DNA from: Octopus vulgaris
Lineage: Eukaryota
Length of the DNA: 64,000 bases
NCBI GenBank assembly: GCA_951406725.2
Contig: OX597832.1
Location: 13,950,001-14,014,000 of the forward strand
Direction: 5' to 3'
Shown: piece by piece, positions 13,570 through 28,290 of the stretch
Position numbering within the stretch: the stretch's first letter is position 1
Layout: every line of letters starts with the position of its first letter
Notes under the pieces: model-generated
What the model was told of the DNA's origin: nothing
What the model saw: only the letters and a program-made list of their open reading frames with translations
The model's database searches: none
Translations under genes and position numbers: made by a program

Positions 13570-13810
13570 GTATGTATATGTAGGTATGTATGTATATATA
13601 TATATTATATATAATATATATACATTCATATTTATGTATACGCATATGTCTGTATGTTTATATATACATACACACACATATACATATATATATATATATA
13701 CACACATACATACGCAGACGCAGTCACACGCACGTAGAAACACATGCACACACACACTCACAAATACACACACTTACACACACACGCACACACACATATA
13801 TAGATGTATG
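13290..13810. repeat. Compound (TA)n/(CA)n microsatellite
   Basis: Direct inspection. Confidence 0.9.
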
Positions 13811-15159
13811 CCTGCCAGTGCAATTATATATGTATGTGCGTAACGTGCGTTATGTTATAAATTTTGCAGCCATTGACTTTATTGATTATCGTACAAACAT
13901 TGGCCAAATATTAAAACGCTGCTGGTTCTGTAGGTTTGGGGAATGTTACTGTTTTATTGTATTCTACTTCTATGTTACTTTTGTCAATTTTAATTTCATA
14001 AAGCATATCCTACAATGATGGCGCTGTTCAGTCTGCTGTCCCCTTGGTAGAGAAGATAGTGGCAGACATATTGATGTATTTGCTATTGGTATATTTCTTC
14101 TTCCTTTTTTTTTTTCTTTTTGGTCTGTTGTTGCTACTAAGCGTGTGGCCCACATTCATGCTAAAGAAATTATATTGGTCACGTTCTCCGTCTTAGTAAG
14201 TTATATATTGTTGTTTGTGTGTCTAGTTTTGCTAGTGTTTGGTTTGTTGTTATTGTTATTATGGTAGTATGGTTTTTCTGTAGATGATAGTATTGTTAAC
14301 TTTTAATGGTATGTTAGTAAGTGAGGACTGTATTTGTTAATGTAAATGCAGAGGTGGTATTTGTGGAGTAATATTGCCAGGATTGGAATTGTTTATGCTG
14401 ACCGTAATCGTAGTGAAGTTGGTGTCGATAGAAATGACAAAGGAATATATAAGGTTGGCAATGGCGTATATAGCGTGTTTTATTTCTGCTATCCCGTAAA
14501 CCATAATTTAAACAAAACTATTGTTAAAATATTTTCCCAGCTGAACGTTGCATTTGTTTCTGTGTTTGTAGGATTGGCGATGTTGTGATGTTGATGCCTT
14601 TCGTTCAGTATTGTTGTATTTATTTTGCAAATCTGTTTGTTGATTGCATTGTATTTGTAGCTTCTGGTCACACTTCACGCAAAGTTATGCTCACTTCATT
14701 TACTGATTCTTCAAACAGCTTTTGTATGCAGGAATCAGTACCGATTAATAACGTAACACTAACCGTCGGTGCTGTGTACTTCGAAGCATTTTCCTTTGTT
14801 TTGAAAGGTCGCTTCTTTTATTGCTCATGTTTTCCCACACAGCATATGATTATAATCATCACGATATTTATGGTGGTATTTTTGTGATCGGGCAGAAAAA
14901 TTTGAATACATTGTAAATAGAAGCATCTATTCATCGAAGCTAAAAGAGGTGACTTATATAAGCAGCCGAACAAACCGTTTCACTGTTATGCATATGCCAA
15001 TAATAGCCTTGTTGTTTATAGCTACTCAGCTGTCCATAGAGTTTCGGAGAATGATTGAAACGAGGATATTTTCTCTAAAGGTTATCCCTATAAATTGATG
15101 TTGATGTTACTTGAACTATCAAAAGCCAAAGAAATTTTGCTCAACATAGCAACTTATAG

Positions 15160-15490
15160 TTGAACGAATCGCTTCCAGTAATTAGTCGTATTTTGTTAAG
15201 CCAGGTACATATTCTATCGTTCTGTTTTGCCAAATGACTGAAGCGCTAAGTTATAGGGATGTAAATAATCCAACCCCAGTTGTCAAACGCTGATGGGGTA
15301 CAAACGTGACGAACACACACACACATATATATACGACGGGTTTCCTCCGATTACACTGCACCAAATTCATTCACAAGGCTTTCATTTACCCGCAGGCACA
15401 GGAGAAGACAGTTGCCCAAAGTACAACGCAATGAAACTGAATATGGTATTACATGAACCGGAAGCAAACTTCATACCGTACGAATATCTC
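15160..15490 (-). mobile_element. Degenerate SINE family A copy
   Basis: aagccaggtacatattctatcg...gctaagttatagggatgtaaat...gttgtcaa...atacgacgggtttc...ccaaattcattcacaaggcttt...gaagacagttgcccaa, colinear with 58441-58834. Confidence 0.7.
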
Positions 15491-16009
15491 CAAACACAAC
15501 TTTTCTCAAGGGATCGATGACACAGACATGAAACCGGACTCGCTGACGTACGGTGTCAAATATATGTGAAAGTGAACAACTGAGCATTTAAATGTTCATT
15601 TAAAATCATTACGCTTGTAAGATGAAGCGTAGTTATCATGTTATCGTATGACATTCCTACTAATTAAAACTCAGTGCTATATTAGTTTCGTTTGCTAATG
15701 GAAACGAAAGGCTCGTTCAAATTCTGAATCAAATGATCGATGGGATTGGCTCCGAACCCCAATATTCTGCGTTCAAATTCAACCACGACTTTACTGTTCG
15801 TCCAACATTTAGATGTCCTTCAATAATATACTAGTCCGCGTGTATAACTGAGCAAACTTTATCAGAGGTTTAGCCATGTGGACATACAACATATCTTTCA
15901 GACACTAACGCTTTCAGAAACAGTGGTGCATCATGTTCATGCTTCTAAATTTACACATTCACGAATCTAGGCGTTCCTGTTCATGTGTATATATACCTGA
16001 ATGCATGTA

Positions 16010-16325
16010 CGAGGGTGAGTCAAAGAGTAATGCCATTTGGTTTAGGACATGTATAATTACCAACACGGGAACATATGTCATATATCAAAATGAAGCTGGT
16101 CGTCTAAGGATCACATCCCTCCTTCTCAAGATAGTCACCGTTTATCTCAATAAAAATGTCCCGCCTTCCAATGAGAGCATGTATCCCTGCACCATAAAAT
16201 ACTGTTGACTGTTATTTGAGCCACTTCTTCAATACAGTTTTCACTTCCTCATCACTGGAAGAATGTTTGCCTCTCAAACTCTCGCTTATGGGGCCGAAGA
16301 GATAGTCTGAAGACGCAAAATTATT
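16010..16325 (-). mobile_element. Mariner (Tc1/mariner) transposon 3' remnant with right TIR
   Basis: SSDYLFGPISESLRGKHSSSDEEVKTVLKKWLK*QSTVFYGAGIHALIGRR...NGDYLEK is a mariner transposase C-terminus. The TA|cgagggtgagtcaaagagtaatgcc terminus lies at 16008-16035. Confidence 0.88.
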
Positions 16326-16351
16326 CCACATACACACGTAGGCATATAGGC

Positions 16352-16414
<63 letters not shown>

Positions 16415-16416
<2 letters not shown>

Positions 16417-16535
16417 GGAGTAAACACATAAATGAGAAACAAGGTGGAAAAAAGAGTACTCAAATACCAAATGCTTTATTTTAAGCAGCAGAAAATTCAA
16501 CAAAATCTGTTGAATTTTCTGCTGCTTAAAATAAA

Positions 16536-16536
<1 letters not shown>
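16415..16536. repeat. (TA)n-embedded element ending in a perfect 29-bp hairpin
   Basis: ctttattttaagcagcagaaaattcaaca (16474-16502), loop aaatc, exact reverse complement at 16508-16536. Confidence 0.9.
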
Positions 16537-16601
<65 letters not shown>

Positions 16602-16649
16602 GCTACATATTTACAGCTATATATACCTCTACCTATCTATATATATATG

Positions 16650-16696
<47 letters not shown>

Positions 16697-18084
16697 GTGT
16701 ATCTGGACTCGCCGGTCCATCCCCTCTTTTGCTTCGTCTGGAGGATGAACAATAGTCCAAACCTCATTTCCACTCCTATTCTTCCTTTTGAAACTTCCGC
16801 TCTCCGTCATTCTCATATATTCACTGTGAACGTCTAATCGACTTTTGTTCTTTCACCCTGCTTGTTTTATTAATTTTTATTTGCAAATACACGCGCGCGC
16901 CTGTGTGGATGTGTGTGCATGTGCGGCTGGTGTATTGATATATATATATTGATATAGATACGGTATTGTATGCGCTGTTTGAGCTAATTTTAGGGTGATG
17001 CTTTATGACTTTGGAAGCGTAGGTATTAAAAACTGTACTGTTATGCATTTACAATGAAGCATCGTCCGGTATATATTTTGTGTTTGTACATAAATGCGCC
17101 TCATTCACTAATAGTGTGTTAATTACCATTTTGTACAATATAAAAGTGAATTGGCTGCGCTTCATGAGATTATAATGAGCCCAGAAGTTGTGGAGTTGCT
17201 CCTTCTATGGGATACATCTTCGAATATTCCGCACTTTCGGCCATAAAATATTTATGTATTTACGTGTTTGTTGCTTTTCTCTTAAAGTATTAGTTTATTT
17301 CTCAGGAATTGAATTGTATGTACGTGGGAACTTTAACGTTCTCAGTCAGGTGGTGGATAGAGCGTTAGGGAGAAAATCGATCCTTTTGTGTTTCATTTCT
17401 CATGTTCTTATTATTGTATTCTTCTGATGTTGTTGTCGCTTTTAATGGCACTGGAGTAGTTAGCGTGGTAATATTGCCGCATATGTAGTTATAGCGCTTG
17501 TTTTACAGTTTTTGCTAATGACGCGTGCATTTGTTGATTTAAGTATGTTACTATCTATGTTTACAGCTTTATCTTTGTTGTTTTTTGCCTGCGTTATTCT
17601 TCATATCGTTCTTTATAATGTTTTTTATGTATTGCTGTACATAGGATTGTTGTTAGTAAGGAAATGGTGTCGTATGCGTAGGTAGAGCTAATTTTAAGTT
17701 TATTCCTAATGGTGCTTGCAGTTGTCGAATTGTACAGAAACTGATTATGGTTGCTGGTATTACTGATTTGGTAACCAACGACGAAAATTTCTTTTTTCAT
17801 GATTTTCCTTCTGTCTGTTTTTATTTAAATCATATTCTTGAAATATATTTAGAAAAAAAGACCTTTAAATATTTTCGTTGCTTAGTATTGGAAATATATT
17901 GTTTGTAAATTTAGATGTTGAAGAAATGTTGTAGTATTAGAGTTCTTTTATATGATGTACGATTTATTTGGATGTTTTTATTGATAAGAGCCGTTAAGAT
18001 GAAGAAGGTTATAATGCTATCTACTACAACATTAATGATGATGATAATGACAGAGCTGAAGAGGCACAGCGAAAATGTCGACGG

Positions 18085-18237
18085 CGATGACGATGATGAT
18101 GATGAGGATGACTATAACGATGACAACGACGACGACGACGATGAGGATGATGATTATCATGATCATGATCATGATGACAACTATGGCGATGAAAACGACG
18201 ACGACGACGACGATGATGATGATGATAACGACGAAGA
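18085..18237. repeat. (GAT/GAC)n trinucleotide repeat
   Basis: Direct inspection. Confidence 0.9.
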
Positions 18238-18591
18238 CAAATACGTCAAACGGACCGTGAGAGAGGGGTCAATGGGAATGATGGTGGCCAATGGGAATGA
18301 AGGTGGAATAATAAACAGGCTTGCCAATTAAGGACACACAATGCACCCAATTATTGATTTCAATTGTAAAGGAACAGACACGGAGAATGTACCTATAAGC
18401 AGCAAGACCGCCGTTGGACGTATCTCTACATCTACTTTGCACAATGGGAGTTTTATTTCTCGATAGATGGTGCATCGAGGAGAAAGTTGTCCGTGCTGAA
18501 TTTAGGCCACAGGAAACGAGTTACAATACATTTAACCTTGATCATACTTCTTAGATCATCTTCCATTTATTCTCCAGAAAATAGCCTTCTA

Positions 18592-18629
<38 letters not shown>

Positions 18630-18661
18630 CATATTCTCGTTATATATGTCACTTTGCATAT

Positions 18662-18727
<66 letters not shown>

Positions 18728-18780
18728 ATATATATACTCCAACATCGCCTCACACACATATATATATATATATATTTTTT

Positions 18781-18951
18781 CTTTTCTCTTTTTCTTGTTT
18801 CAGGCATTTGACTGGTGCCATGCTGGAGCACCGCCACAAGGCTTTGGTCGGCCGGGGGCTATAGCAGAAGACACTTGCCCAGATGCCACGCAGTGGGACT
18901 GAACCCGGAACCATGTGGTAAATAAGCTACTTACCACACAGCCACTCCTGC

Positions 18952-18953
<2 letters not shown>
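18781..18953 (-). mobile_element. SINE family A copy with a large internal deletion
   Basis: The 3' block (tgtttcag.catttgact...ctggagcaccgcc) is joined directly to the head block (acaaggctttggtcggcc...gccactcctgcg). Confidence 0.85.
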
Positions 18954-19001
<48 letters not shown>

Positions 19002-19096
19002 TGCATTGAACACGAATATGATTCTTCTATTTATCAATATATATATATACACACGCACACACGTGTATATATATATATATTATATGTATATAGATT

Positions 19097-19143
<47 letters not shown>

Positions 19144-19296
19144 ATGTGTGTATGTATATCTATACCTATATCTTTAAATATATGTGTCTGTGTGTTTGGG
19201 TGTATGTTTGTATATTGAAACATACGTATCTATATGTTTAGAGAGGCACATATTAATGCGTACAAAGAAAAAAGGGGATACAAAGATGAAGCAATA

Positions 19297-19338
19297 GAGA
19301 GAGGGAGAGAGAGACAGACAGAGAGAAAGAGAGAGAGA

Positions 19339-19385
<47 letters not shown>
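19297..19385. repeat. (GA)n microsatellite
   Basis: Direct inspection. Confidence 0.95.
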
Positions 19386-19390
<5 letters not shown>

Positions 19391-19542
19391 TAGTTGATTA
19401 TTAAAGGACGAGAGTTAGGTATATAGATATCTGCATAGCCAAATAGGCTGAAGATGTAGAAAAAAATTGAAATTCCTAAATACAAATGTGCGTTTGTTTC
19501 CATGGCAATCGTGCACTCATTACTGTTAGTAGATTTTTGTAA

Positions 19543-20280
<738 letters not shown>

Positions 20281-20646
20281 TATATTGGGTGATTATACAT
20301 GCAGAAGCACACACACACTAAACAAAAATAAACATATTTATATATTCAGCGACTTCATTTGTAAACCTATACGAATGCTTATATATGAATGTATATTTGT
20401 TACAGTTTTTTAGCCCTACGAAGGTCAAACTTGGCTACAAAAAAACTATGATCTATCCATGGTATTTCAGTCGTACTTATTCAATATCTCTCACTGCTTT
20501 GATCAACGAATCCATATTCTTTCATGGCTGCAAGTAATGCTTTTAGAAATTGTATATTCTATTTACAGGCAGGTCAAACGACCATATACTGGGCTACTCG
20601 TTGCCTTGTGCGTAGGAGTATGCTCATATTTTTTACACGAAAATAC

Positions 20647-20779
<133 letters not shown>

Positions 20780-21269
20780 TATAAGTAGGTAGGTGTGTAG
20801 TATTTGCGTGCGTGTGTGTTTGTGTGTGTGTTTCAAATTTATTTTAAAAGATAATATAATGCAAGTTAGAAAAAAATTGCTGTATACCTTGATCGTTAAT
20901 AATATTACCTGGCGTTTCGAACATTACAGGTTTCGCTATTATTCTTCCGAAATTTCTCGACGAAAATTTCATGAAAACCGCTAACATTTTATATCTTTAT
21001 AATATGTTAGCTAGTCAGATACATACGTTGTAGGCGTTTGCTGATTCGAGATGCTATAGTCGTGCATTCGCACTATGTGTCAAAAGGGCCATTTGCGTTT
21101 CTTTGAATCGATTTTCTAACTTTCCTTAATATACATATGATATGAGATATGTCACAATCGCCACATATTAATTTAAATTTATTTAGATTTTAGAACTATT
21201 TTATTTTTCACTCATCATGTTGTGGTCATGCTAGGGTACTGTTTTGTTACGAAAGCTGGATCTTTCGAC

Positions 21270-21640
21270 GTGTATCCGCGTGAACTAGGATATGGATGAA
21301 TGGCGCCAGATAATGCGGACAACATCACCGTAATCGGGACTAACGTGAGCGAAAGGACCGCTTAAATTGCTTAGTGTCTGCTTTGGTCCGGACATCTAGG
21401 TGGACAAGTAATGGATGAAGAATGGTACGAGCGGAGTGGTCACTCTCACACAGAAAGAGGCTAAGAGAAATATATCTTTGATTGTTCAGGCTGTGGTAGA
21501 GTATGCGTACATCGCATAAGTCATCCACTATCGAATAAGCGTCGTTACTTGTCCTGCTTGATGCAAACAGAATTTCAAAAGATACTGAAGAAGAAATTGA
21601 GACTAAAATCCCGTCATGGCCAGTACCCTGCAAGGCTTGA
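21270..21640 (+). mobile_element. Decayed Tx1/L1-clade LINE fragment (same family as 2168-3760)
   Basis: ggaccgcttaaattgcttagtgtctgctttggtccggacatctaggtggacaag...tctcacacagaaagaggctaagagaaa parallels 2374-2490. It also has an ADNITV motif (YADD-derived). Confidence 0.7.
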
Positions 21641-21659
21641 CTGATAGGAAGTGAGCCAA

Positions 21660-22340
21660 ATTAAAATCAATAGTGTCTGAAATGTTGTGCATTAAAAGCC
21701 GAAACGGAAGCACTGCTTTTCGCTGCACTGTACAATGCCTGACTACTGACGAAGTATAAAAAGAATATAATGAAAACAGGCTTCGACACCAAATGCAAAA
21801 TGTTCAACTAGCGCAATGAGACATCATCGTCCTTGCCAAGTCTGAATATATATACAGTTACGACAAAGTAAGAACTAATATCCAGTGGAGAATCTGTCAA
21901 TATTACAACATCAAAACTGACAGCAGATGGTTTAAGCATGACCCGCTCAATGTAGAAGACAACGAAAAAGCCACACTCATTTGGGATATGCCGGTTCAAA
22001 CCGACTAAAGAAATAAAAGCTAATCACCCAGACATAGAAGTAAATGATTGCGGTAAAAATAACCCACTTATATACGGACAGACATTGCTGTCGTTTCCGA
22101 TCAAAATATTGGGAAAAAGGAAATGGAGGAATTGCCGAAGTACAAAGACCTCGAAATAGGTATTCAAAATGTGGGGCATGAAGGTTAAAAAAAATTCCAA
22201 CCATAATTGGGGTATTGGGAATGGTGAAAAGTCACATGAACAAAATTGTAGAAGCTATACTTGGATCATCAACACTACGCACTATTAAATAATAGCCCTG
22301 CTAGAACCTGTCTACATCCTACGCAAGACACTATCAACCC
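21660..22340 (+). mobile_element. Decayed R4/Dong-clade LINE C-terminal (RLE) fragment
   Basis: LKAETEALLFAA, VLAKSEYIY.YDKV, NEKATLIWDMPVQTD..IKANHPDI, DIAV.SDQNI.KKE...KYKDLEI, IPTIIGVLGMV, YILRKTLS. Confidence 0.85.
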
Positions 22341-23112
22341 AATTATACAACAGAAACAAAACAACACACACTTACAAGATACACTATACAGCATTTATCC
22401 AGTGAAGTAAATCACCACCCTTAAGCTAGAAAACTAAAGCATTAGGTACCGAACATACGATACAAGCAGTAACACCACAAACTACAGCACCATACTTCAA
22501 GGAAAAAAGCTACCATAATACAGCACCGGGAGGGGTTAGCACATTCCCAACGGCAGAAAAGAACACACAATGCTACATACATCCCAGCAACACCCAGTGT
22601 ATGACACTTGCATTTGGAATCCAGCGTTGATTTCTTCTGTGCAAACGCAACTCAGACCTTCGATGAATAGGCATTCATAAATTAAATGTTAAGCTGCAGT
22701 ATATAGTAGAATTAATACGATCAACGCTAAATGCCTGATTTCATTCAGGATATAATCTGAATCAAAAGATGGACATAGGTTACGCAATATCTAAATAAAA
22801 AATTTCAGCAGAAATATGTACACTTCGGTTAAAATTTTCAGGAACCGGTGCATTCCGACTAACAAATAACTTTTGTGAGTTTATTTGTCACTATCGCTAT
22901 CGGAAATGGCAGTGAACCAGTGATTGATACGTTGGAATGCTACAGCAAATGAAGCTATTGATCAAAAATATTTTATGCAGCAAAGAAAAAATATTGCTTA
23001 CTGATCTTATCTGATGCATGACCTGAACTCTTCCTTGACCCAATCTGTCTCTAAAAGGCATGGTATTTGACCGATAAAAAGCAATCGATGCTTCAAAATA
23101 AAAGATTATGTA

Positions 23113-23168
<56 letters not shown>

Positions 23169-23894
23169 TGTATGTATGTATATGTATATATATATGACTG
23201 TGACTTTGCGTACGCTTAGTATACCATGCCCGCATAGCATGGACTTTTGATCACATATATTAATATAAATTTCTATCAATAATTTCGACTGATATTACTG
23301 TCTCTTGTGCTTTATTTTCATCTTCGTCTTCTTTCGCATTCTCAGATACTAGTCCTTCATATTCCTCATAAACTTCTGTGATTTTTTTTTTTATTTGCCT
23401 TCTTTTTGCATTCTTCTCTGTATTCACATCAATATTATAAGACATTTTTTTTTCTGTTTTCTGTTTTGCTCTTCTTGTTGATCCTCTTCAAAATATTACT
23501 CATGATTTCTTTATAATATTTCTTTTATTTGCCTTTGTGCCTCTTTTAATTCTTAGCACTACCATCACCGCGAAACCATCAACATAATCATCATCGTTAG
23601 AGTATCCATCACTATCACCATCACTCATATCCTTCGCAACATCATCACCAACATGATTATTATCATCATCCACTTTTTGATCTGCTCATCATCTTGAACA
23701 GCATTACTATTATTATTATTATTATTATTATTATCATTATTATTATTATTTACATATCTTTTTGCGTGGCATCTCTTTTATTTCCTGTTTATTGTCATTA
23801 GTATAATTCCTATTTTCTTGAGTTTTATTTGTACTCTATTCTCATCCTCATCATCATAATCATCATCATCATTATCATTATCATCATTATCATC

Positions 23895-24192
<298 letters not shown>

Positions 24193-24886
24193 CGCGCCTG
24201 TCACTCTCTTGCTCTTCTCTCTCTCTCTCTCTCTCTCTGTATATATATATATGAACGATATTTATTTTCTTTTAAGTTACTTGAATTATTTTGGATCTTG
24301 GCTTTTTAGACCATTTCTTTATCTGCAAACGCCAGAGAAAAATATTGATTCCTGTCAGATCAGTGGAGATACGTACACTTCATTCAGAGCTGCTTTACGA
24401 AATAATTCTCGATTGTGGAAAGAAAGACGAAGCAAAAAAAAAAATAAATAACCAAATAACTAACGAAAGAAATAAAACGATCCCTAGTAAGTAGAATGAC
24501 AGGCAAATAAAATTAATAGCAAAAATTAAATCCGATGCAAAGAGAGCTTGGCGGCGTAAAAAATAATTTTAAAGAAGATAATAATGCAAAGAATCAATAT
24601 TGCATGAGTAAATGCTGTTTAAAGGAAACACACTTCAATTTCTACTTTCAGATTATTTAGGATCTTGAGTCAGTCTACTGAAAAATCCGATGAATTTCGT
24701 TTAAACCTACTTACATGCTCCAGATACGCATGTTATTCGTTTCCTTTTCTCTTTCTTCTTCTTCTATGTATTCGTAACTATGAGCATGCATGTGTGTATA
24801 TCTGTATATCTGTCTGTCTGTCTCTCTATACATCTATCTATCTACCTATCTATCTGTGTCTATATCTATCGTACCTTCTATATCAG

Positions 24887-24975
<89 letters not shown>

Positions 24976-25708
24976 CTGAACGTGTGTGTACGCGTGTGTG
25001 GGTATATACATACATGCACATACATATGTATATACCCATACACGCGCGCACACACACGTACACACATACATTGTGTATTGGCGGATTGCTAGATACTTAT
25101 ATATTTATGTATATCCATAAATTCACACACATATACCCAGACGTATATGCATACATATATATATATATATTTGAACTGATAATACGACTCATACCTCATT
25201 GCAAGTGCTCAGTAGAGAGAACCATAATAGTGTTATTTCATGTATGATAACTATGTCCGCTTATTTGTCAGAGCTGGGCTTTGTCAATGCCAACATGACA
25301 CTGACATTTTATAGAGATATTCTACTTCCGCTAGCAACTCATACGTCATAATAATACAGATGCAAATCTAAATATCCATTTCTGACACAAATAGCAAGTT
25401 ACTCTTCATTTATGATTTGAAGGTTGCTGTGACCTATCTTAGAGTTGTATTCCTATTCCCATATCTAGGGTAACATATTTTCTAAGCAACTATGATGGCA
25501 CGAACCATTGCTTATCTATGTCTATGTGCGTACGCTTTGTGTGTCTGTATCAAAAGTATGCGGTGATATATTTATAATATTTGGTACAATACATTAGTCA
25601 ACAAACTTACAACTTTCCAAAATGTGTATTCATAGGTAGGTACAGGTATGGCGCTGTGTTGTAAGATGTTTGATCCCTAACCGCCTGCATCTATATCCGG
25701 TGTCACTT

Positions 25709-25911
25709 CGTCGTATCCCAAAGTGACACCATTGCTCCCTTGGGGCGGTGAAAAGTTCCAAGGGGCATTGAAGAAAACTGGGGCTAAAATGGGGTAGCGA
25801 TCCCTGTAGCTTCAGGAGTTCTATGATTCTGATGTTTAGTTAGGGGTGGTTGTGCTAGAATGTTACCTGAATATTAAGGAGGCAGCATCCCGAAAAGTAT
25901 GGGAACCACTG
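25709..25911. mobile_element. hAT (Charlie-like) MITE remnant
   Basis: Right end aaaagtatgggaaccactg (the CAGTGGTTCCCA terminus); degenerate left end tcgtatcccaaagtg; G-rich interior. Confidence 0.55.
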
Positions 25912-26504
25912 TTGTTAAGGATTTTAAAAAATTCTTGAACTTTTAAGAGGTTCATTGACTGTATTCTGTCATGGAGAAAGTTCCTCGCTGATAATAAATA
26001 GATGCAGATACATGAGGAGGAAAGCAATTCTTTCATTTGCGAAACTAATTATCGGCTACCTAGAGAACATGCTACACGAAATACCATTATATATATATAT
26101 ATATATATATGAATGGAAACAGGAGAATGTACCTCGATGACTATTTCATTCTACGGGATGAAAGCATAACGCTATACGTTTATATGTTGGGTGATAATAC
26201 ACCATGACTCCAAAGAACAGACGAAGGATTGACCTTAATTACCAACTAACGGCCAAGTGAGAATTCCTCTTGGAGGCAAAACCACCGTCCATATTACTGC
26301 CAGCCACATTGGAGCCACTACCACGGCAACTCCTATGTTATACCTGGACCCACTTATAGGAGCATAAATTCACTACTAATATCCAGGGCAGAGAGTGCTA
26401 TAAGCGTTTGTTACTACTAATACTGTCCCACCGAACACTACCATCGAGCGCAAATGCTACCGTTCTCATACAAGGAGGGAAACAACAATTCACCACCATC
26501 ACAA

Positions 26505-26685
26505 GAACTACTGCTGCTGCTGCTAGTAGTAGTAGTATTAGTATTAGTATTATTATTATTATTATTATTAGTAGTAGTAGTAGTAGTATAGTAGTAGTAG
26601 TGATAGTAGTAGTAGTAGTGATAGTAGTTGTAGTAGTGATAGTAGTAGTAGTAGTAGTAGTACATGTTACTGCTACTACCACTAC
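26505..26685. repeat. Compound (TAG)n/(TAT)n microsatellite
   Basis: Direct inspection. Confidence 0.9.
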
Positions 26686-26977
26686 GTTACAGAATGTCAA
26701 CTACTCCAAGCCAATACCACATATAGGCAAGGTGATTAAAGGCTGCACTTTCACGACTAGCATTCTTCCATGATGAGATTTTCATTCACAGGCAACAGCA
26801 GCCAAACAACAAGAAGCATAAGAAAATTATTAGAGTGCCATGTGATGTTTCTAGGTAAACATGTGGATTTCCAGATGTGATGGTATGAAAAAAATAATTT
26901 ACTTTATTCTATTTTCCTTCTTACTCCAGCAGGGAAAGATTCTCATCAAAAACTGAAACCGGTACCTGGTTACTGAA

Positions 26978-27286
26978 GGCGCAATGGCCCAGGGGTTAGG
27001 ACAGTGGACTTGCAGTTGTTGGATCGCGGTTTCGATTCCCAGACCGGGTGTTGTGAGTGTTTACTGTGCGAAAACACCTAAAGCTCCACGAGGCTCCCGC
27101 ACGGGGTGGTGGTGATACCTGCTGTACTCTTTCGCCACAACTTTCTCTCACTCTTTCTTCTTTTGACCTGCTCGCTTAGCCAGCGGGGTGGCGTCATTTG
27201 AAGGCTAAAACAATGGGAAGCGCATTTTGACCAGCGATGTGTAGCAACATCTGATGACCTAGATGGCCACGCTGATTTCACCGTGA
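26978..27286 (+). mobile_element. tRNA-derived SINE family C
   Basis: Head ggcgcaatggcccaggggttagg (box A) ... ggtttcgattccc (box B), a unique body, and an end in (TA)n. Confidence 0.75.
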
Positions 27287-27313
27287 TATATATACATATA
27301 TATATACATATAT

Positions 27314-27475
27314 AACGAGAAGCTTTACGAAAATAAACAAAAGACGAAGGCAGGTGGAGTACAGACAAGCAAATGTACTAGTATGGTGCTCAGGAATAGA
27401 AATAAAACAAGTATTTTACGTTTCGAGACTACGCTGTTCAACAGAAAGATACACAGAAAAGAAACACGGTGAGAA
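27314..27475 (-). mobile_element. (TA)n-embedded short repeat with a degenerate hammerhead-like core
   Basis: Minus strand reads ctgttgaacagcgtagtctcGAAAcg (CUGuUGA...GAAAC) at 27419-27444. Confidence 0.45.
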
Positions 27476-27549
27476 ATCTTATATATACATATATATATGT
27501 ATATATGTATCTAAATATGTGCGTGTGTTTGTGTGTATGCTAGTTTAAC

Positions 27550-27702
27550 TCAACTGGCACATAAAAGGCATCCATTACACTCTTGGAATGGTTGGCGATA
27601 GGAGGGCATCCAATCATACAAAAATGGCAAAAATTATTAGAACCAGTTGCACCTCTCCAGCTTAACAATTTCAATGAAATCGTCTAAACCATGGCAGCAG
27701 AG
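27550..27702 (+). mobile_element. Degenerate SINE 3' region (RTE-type tail)
   Basis: tggcacataaaaggcatcc...tggttggcgataggagggcatccaatc followed by a gat-rich tail. Confidence 0.45.
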
Positions 27703-27868
27703 TCTGAGTGGGGAAGATGATGAGGATGATGATTTTATTATCATTATTATTGAAGTAGATGGGTATATGGTCTGGAATAACAATTCGAAGATGTTTTTTT
27801 ACATATTGTTATTGTTTTTCTGGATTAAGATTCGTTGAAATAAACCCCAATAATAACGTACCAACCGA

Positions 27869-27869
<1 letters not shown>

Positions 27870-27899
<30 letters not shown>

Positions 27900-27960
27900 G
27901 ATAGATAGATAGATATAGATATATATATATATATATATATATATAGATAGATAGATAGAT

Positions 27961-28009
<49 letters not shown>

Positions 28010-28028
28010 TAGATAGATAGATATATAT

Positions 28029-28107
<79 letters not shown>

Positions 28108-28160
28108 TATATAGAGATATAGATATATACGTATATATATATATGTATATATATAGACAT

Positions 28161-28247
<87 letters not shown>

Positions 28248-28290
28248 TGCAAATGTACACACACACGCACACAGAGGAATATGCATTCAT
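27870..28290. repeat. Compound (TA)n/(TAGA)n microsatellite
   Basis: Direct inspection. Confidence 0.95.

Noticed and set aside
13970-14890. Strand-biased (GT-rich) complex sequence with short ORFs, similar to 17000-17800
   Set aside because: No recognisable motif; possibly very old retroelement debris but unsupported
17915-18331. Poly-Asp acidic ORF resembling a biomineralisation protein
   Set aside because: Explained by a (GAT/GAC)n microsatellite; no signal peptide or splice support
26978-27045. tRNA-like sequence
   Set aside because: Cloverleaf is degenerate and continues into a SINE body, so it is a SINE head and not a tRNA gene (likewise for families A and B)
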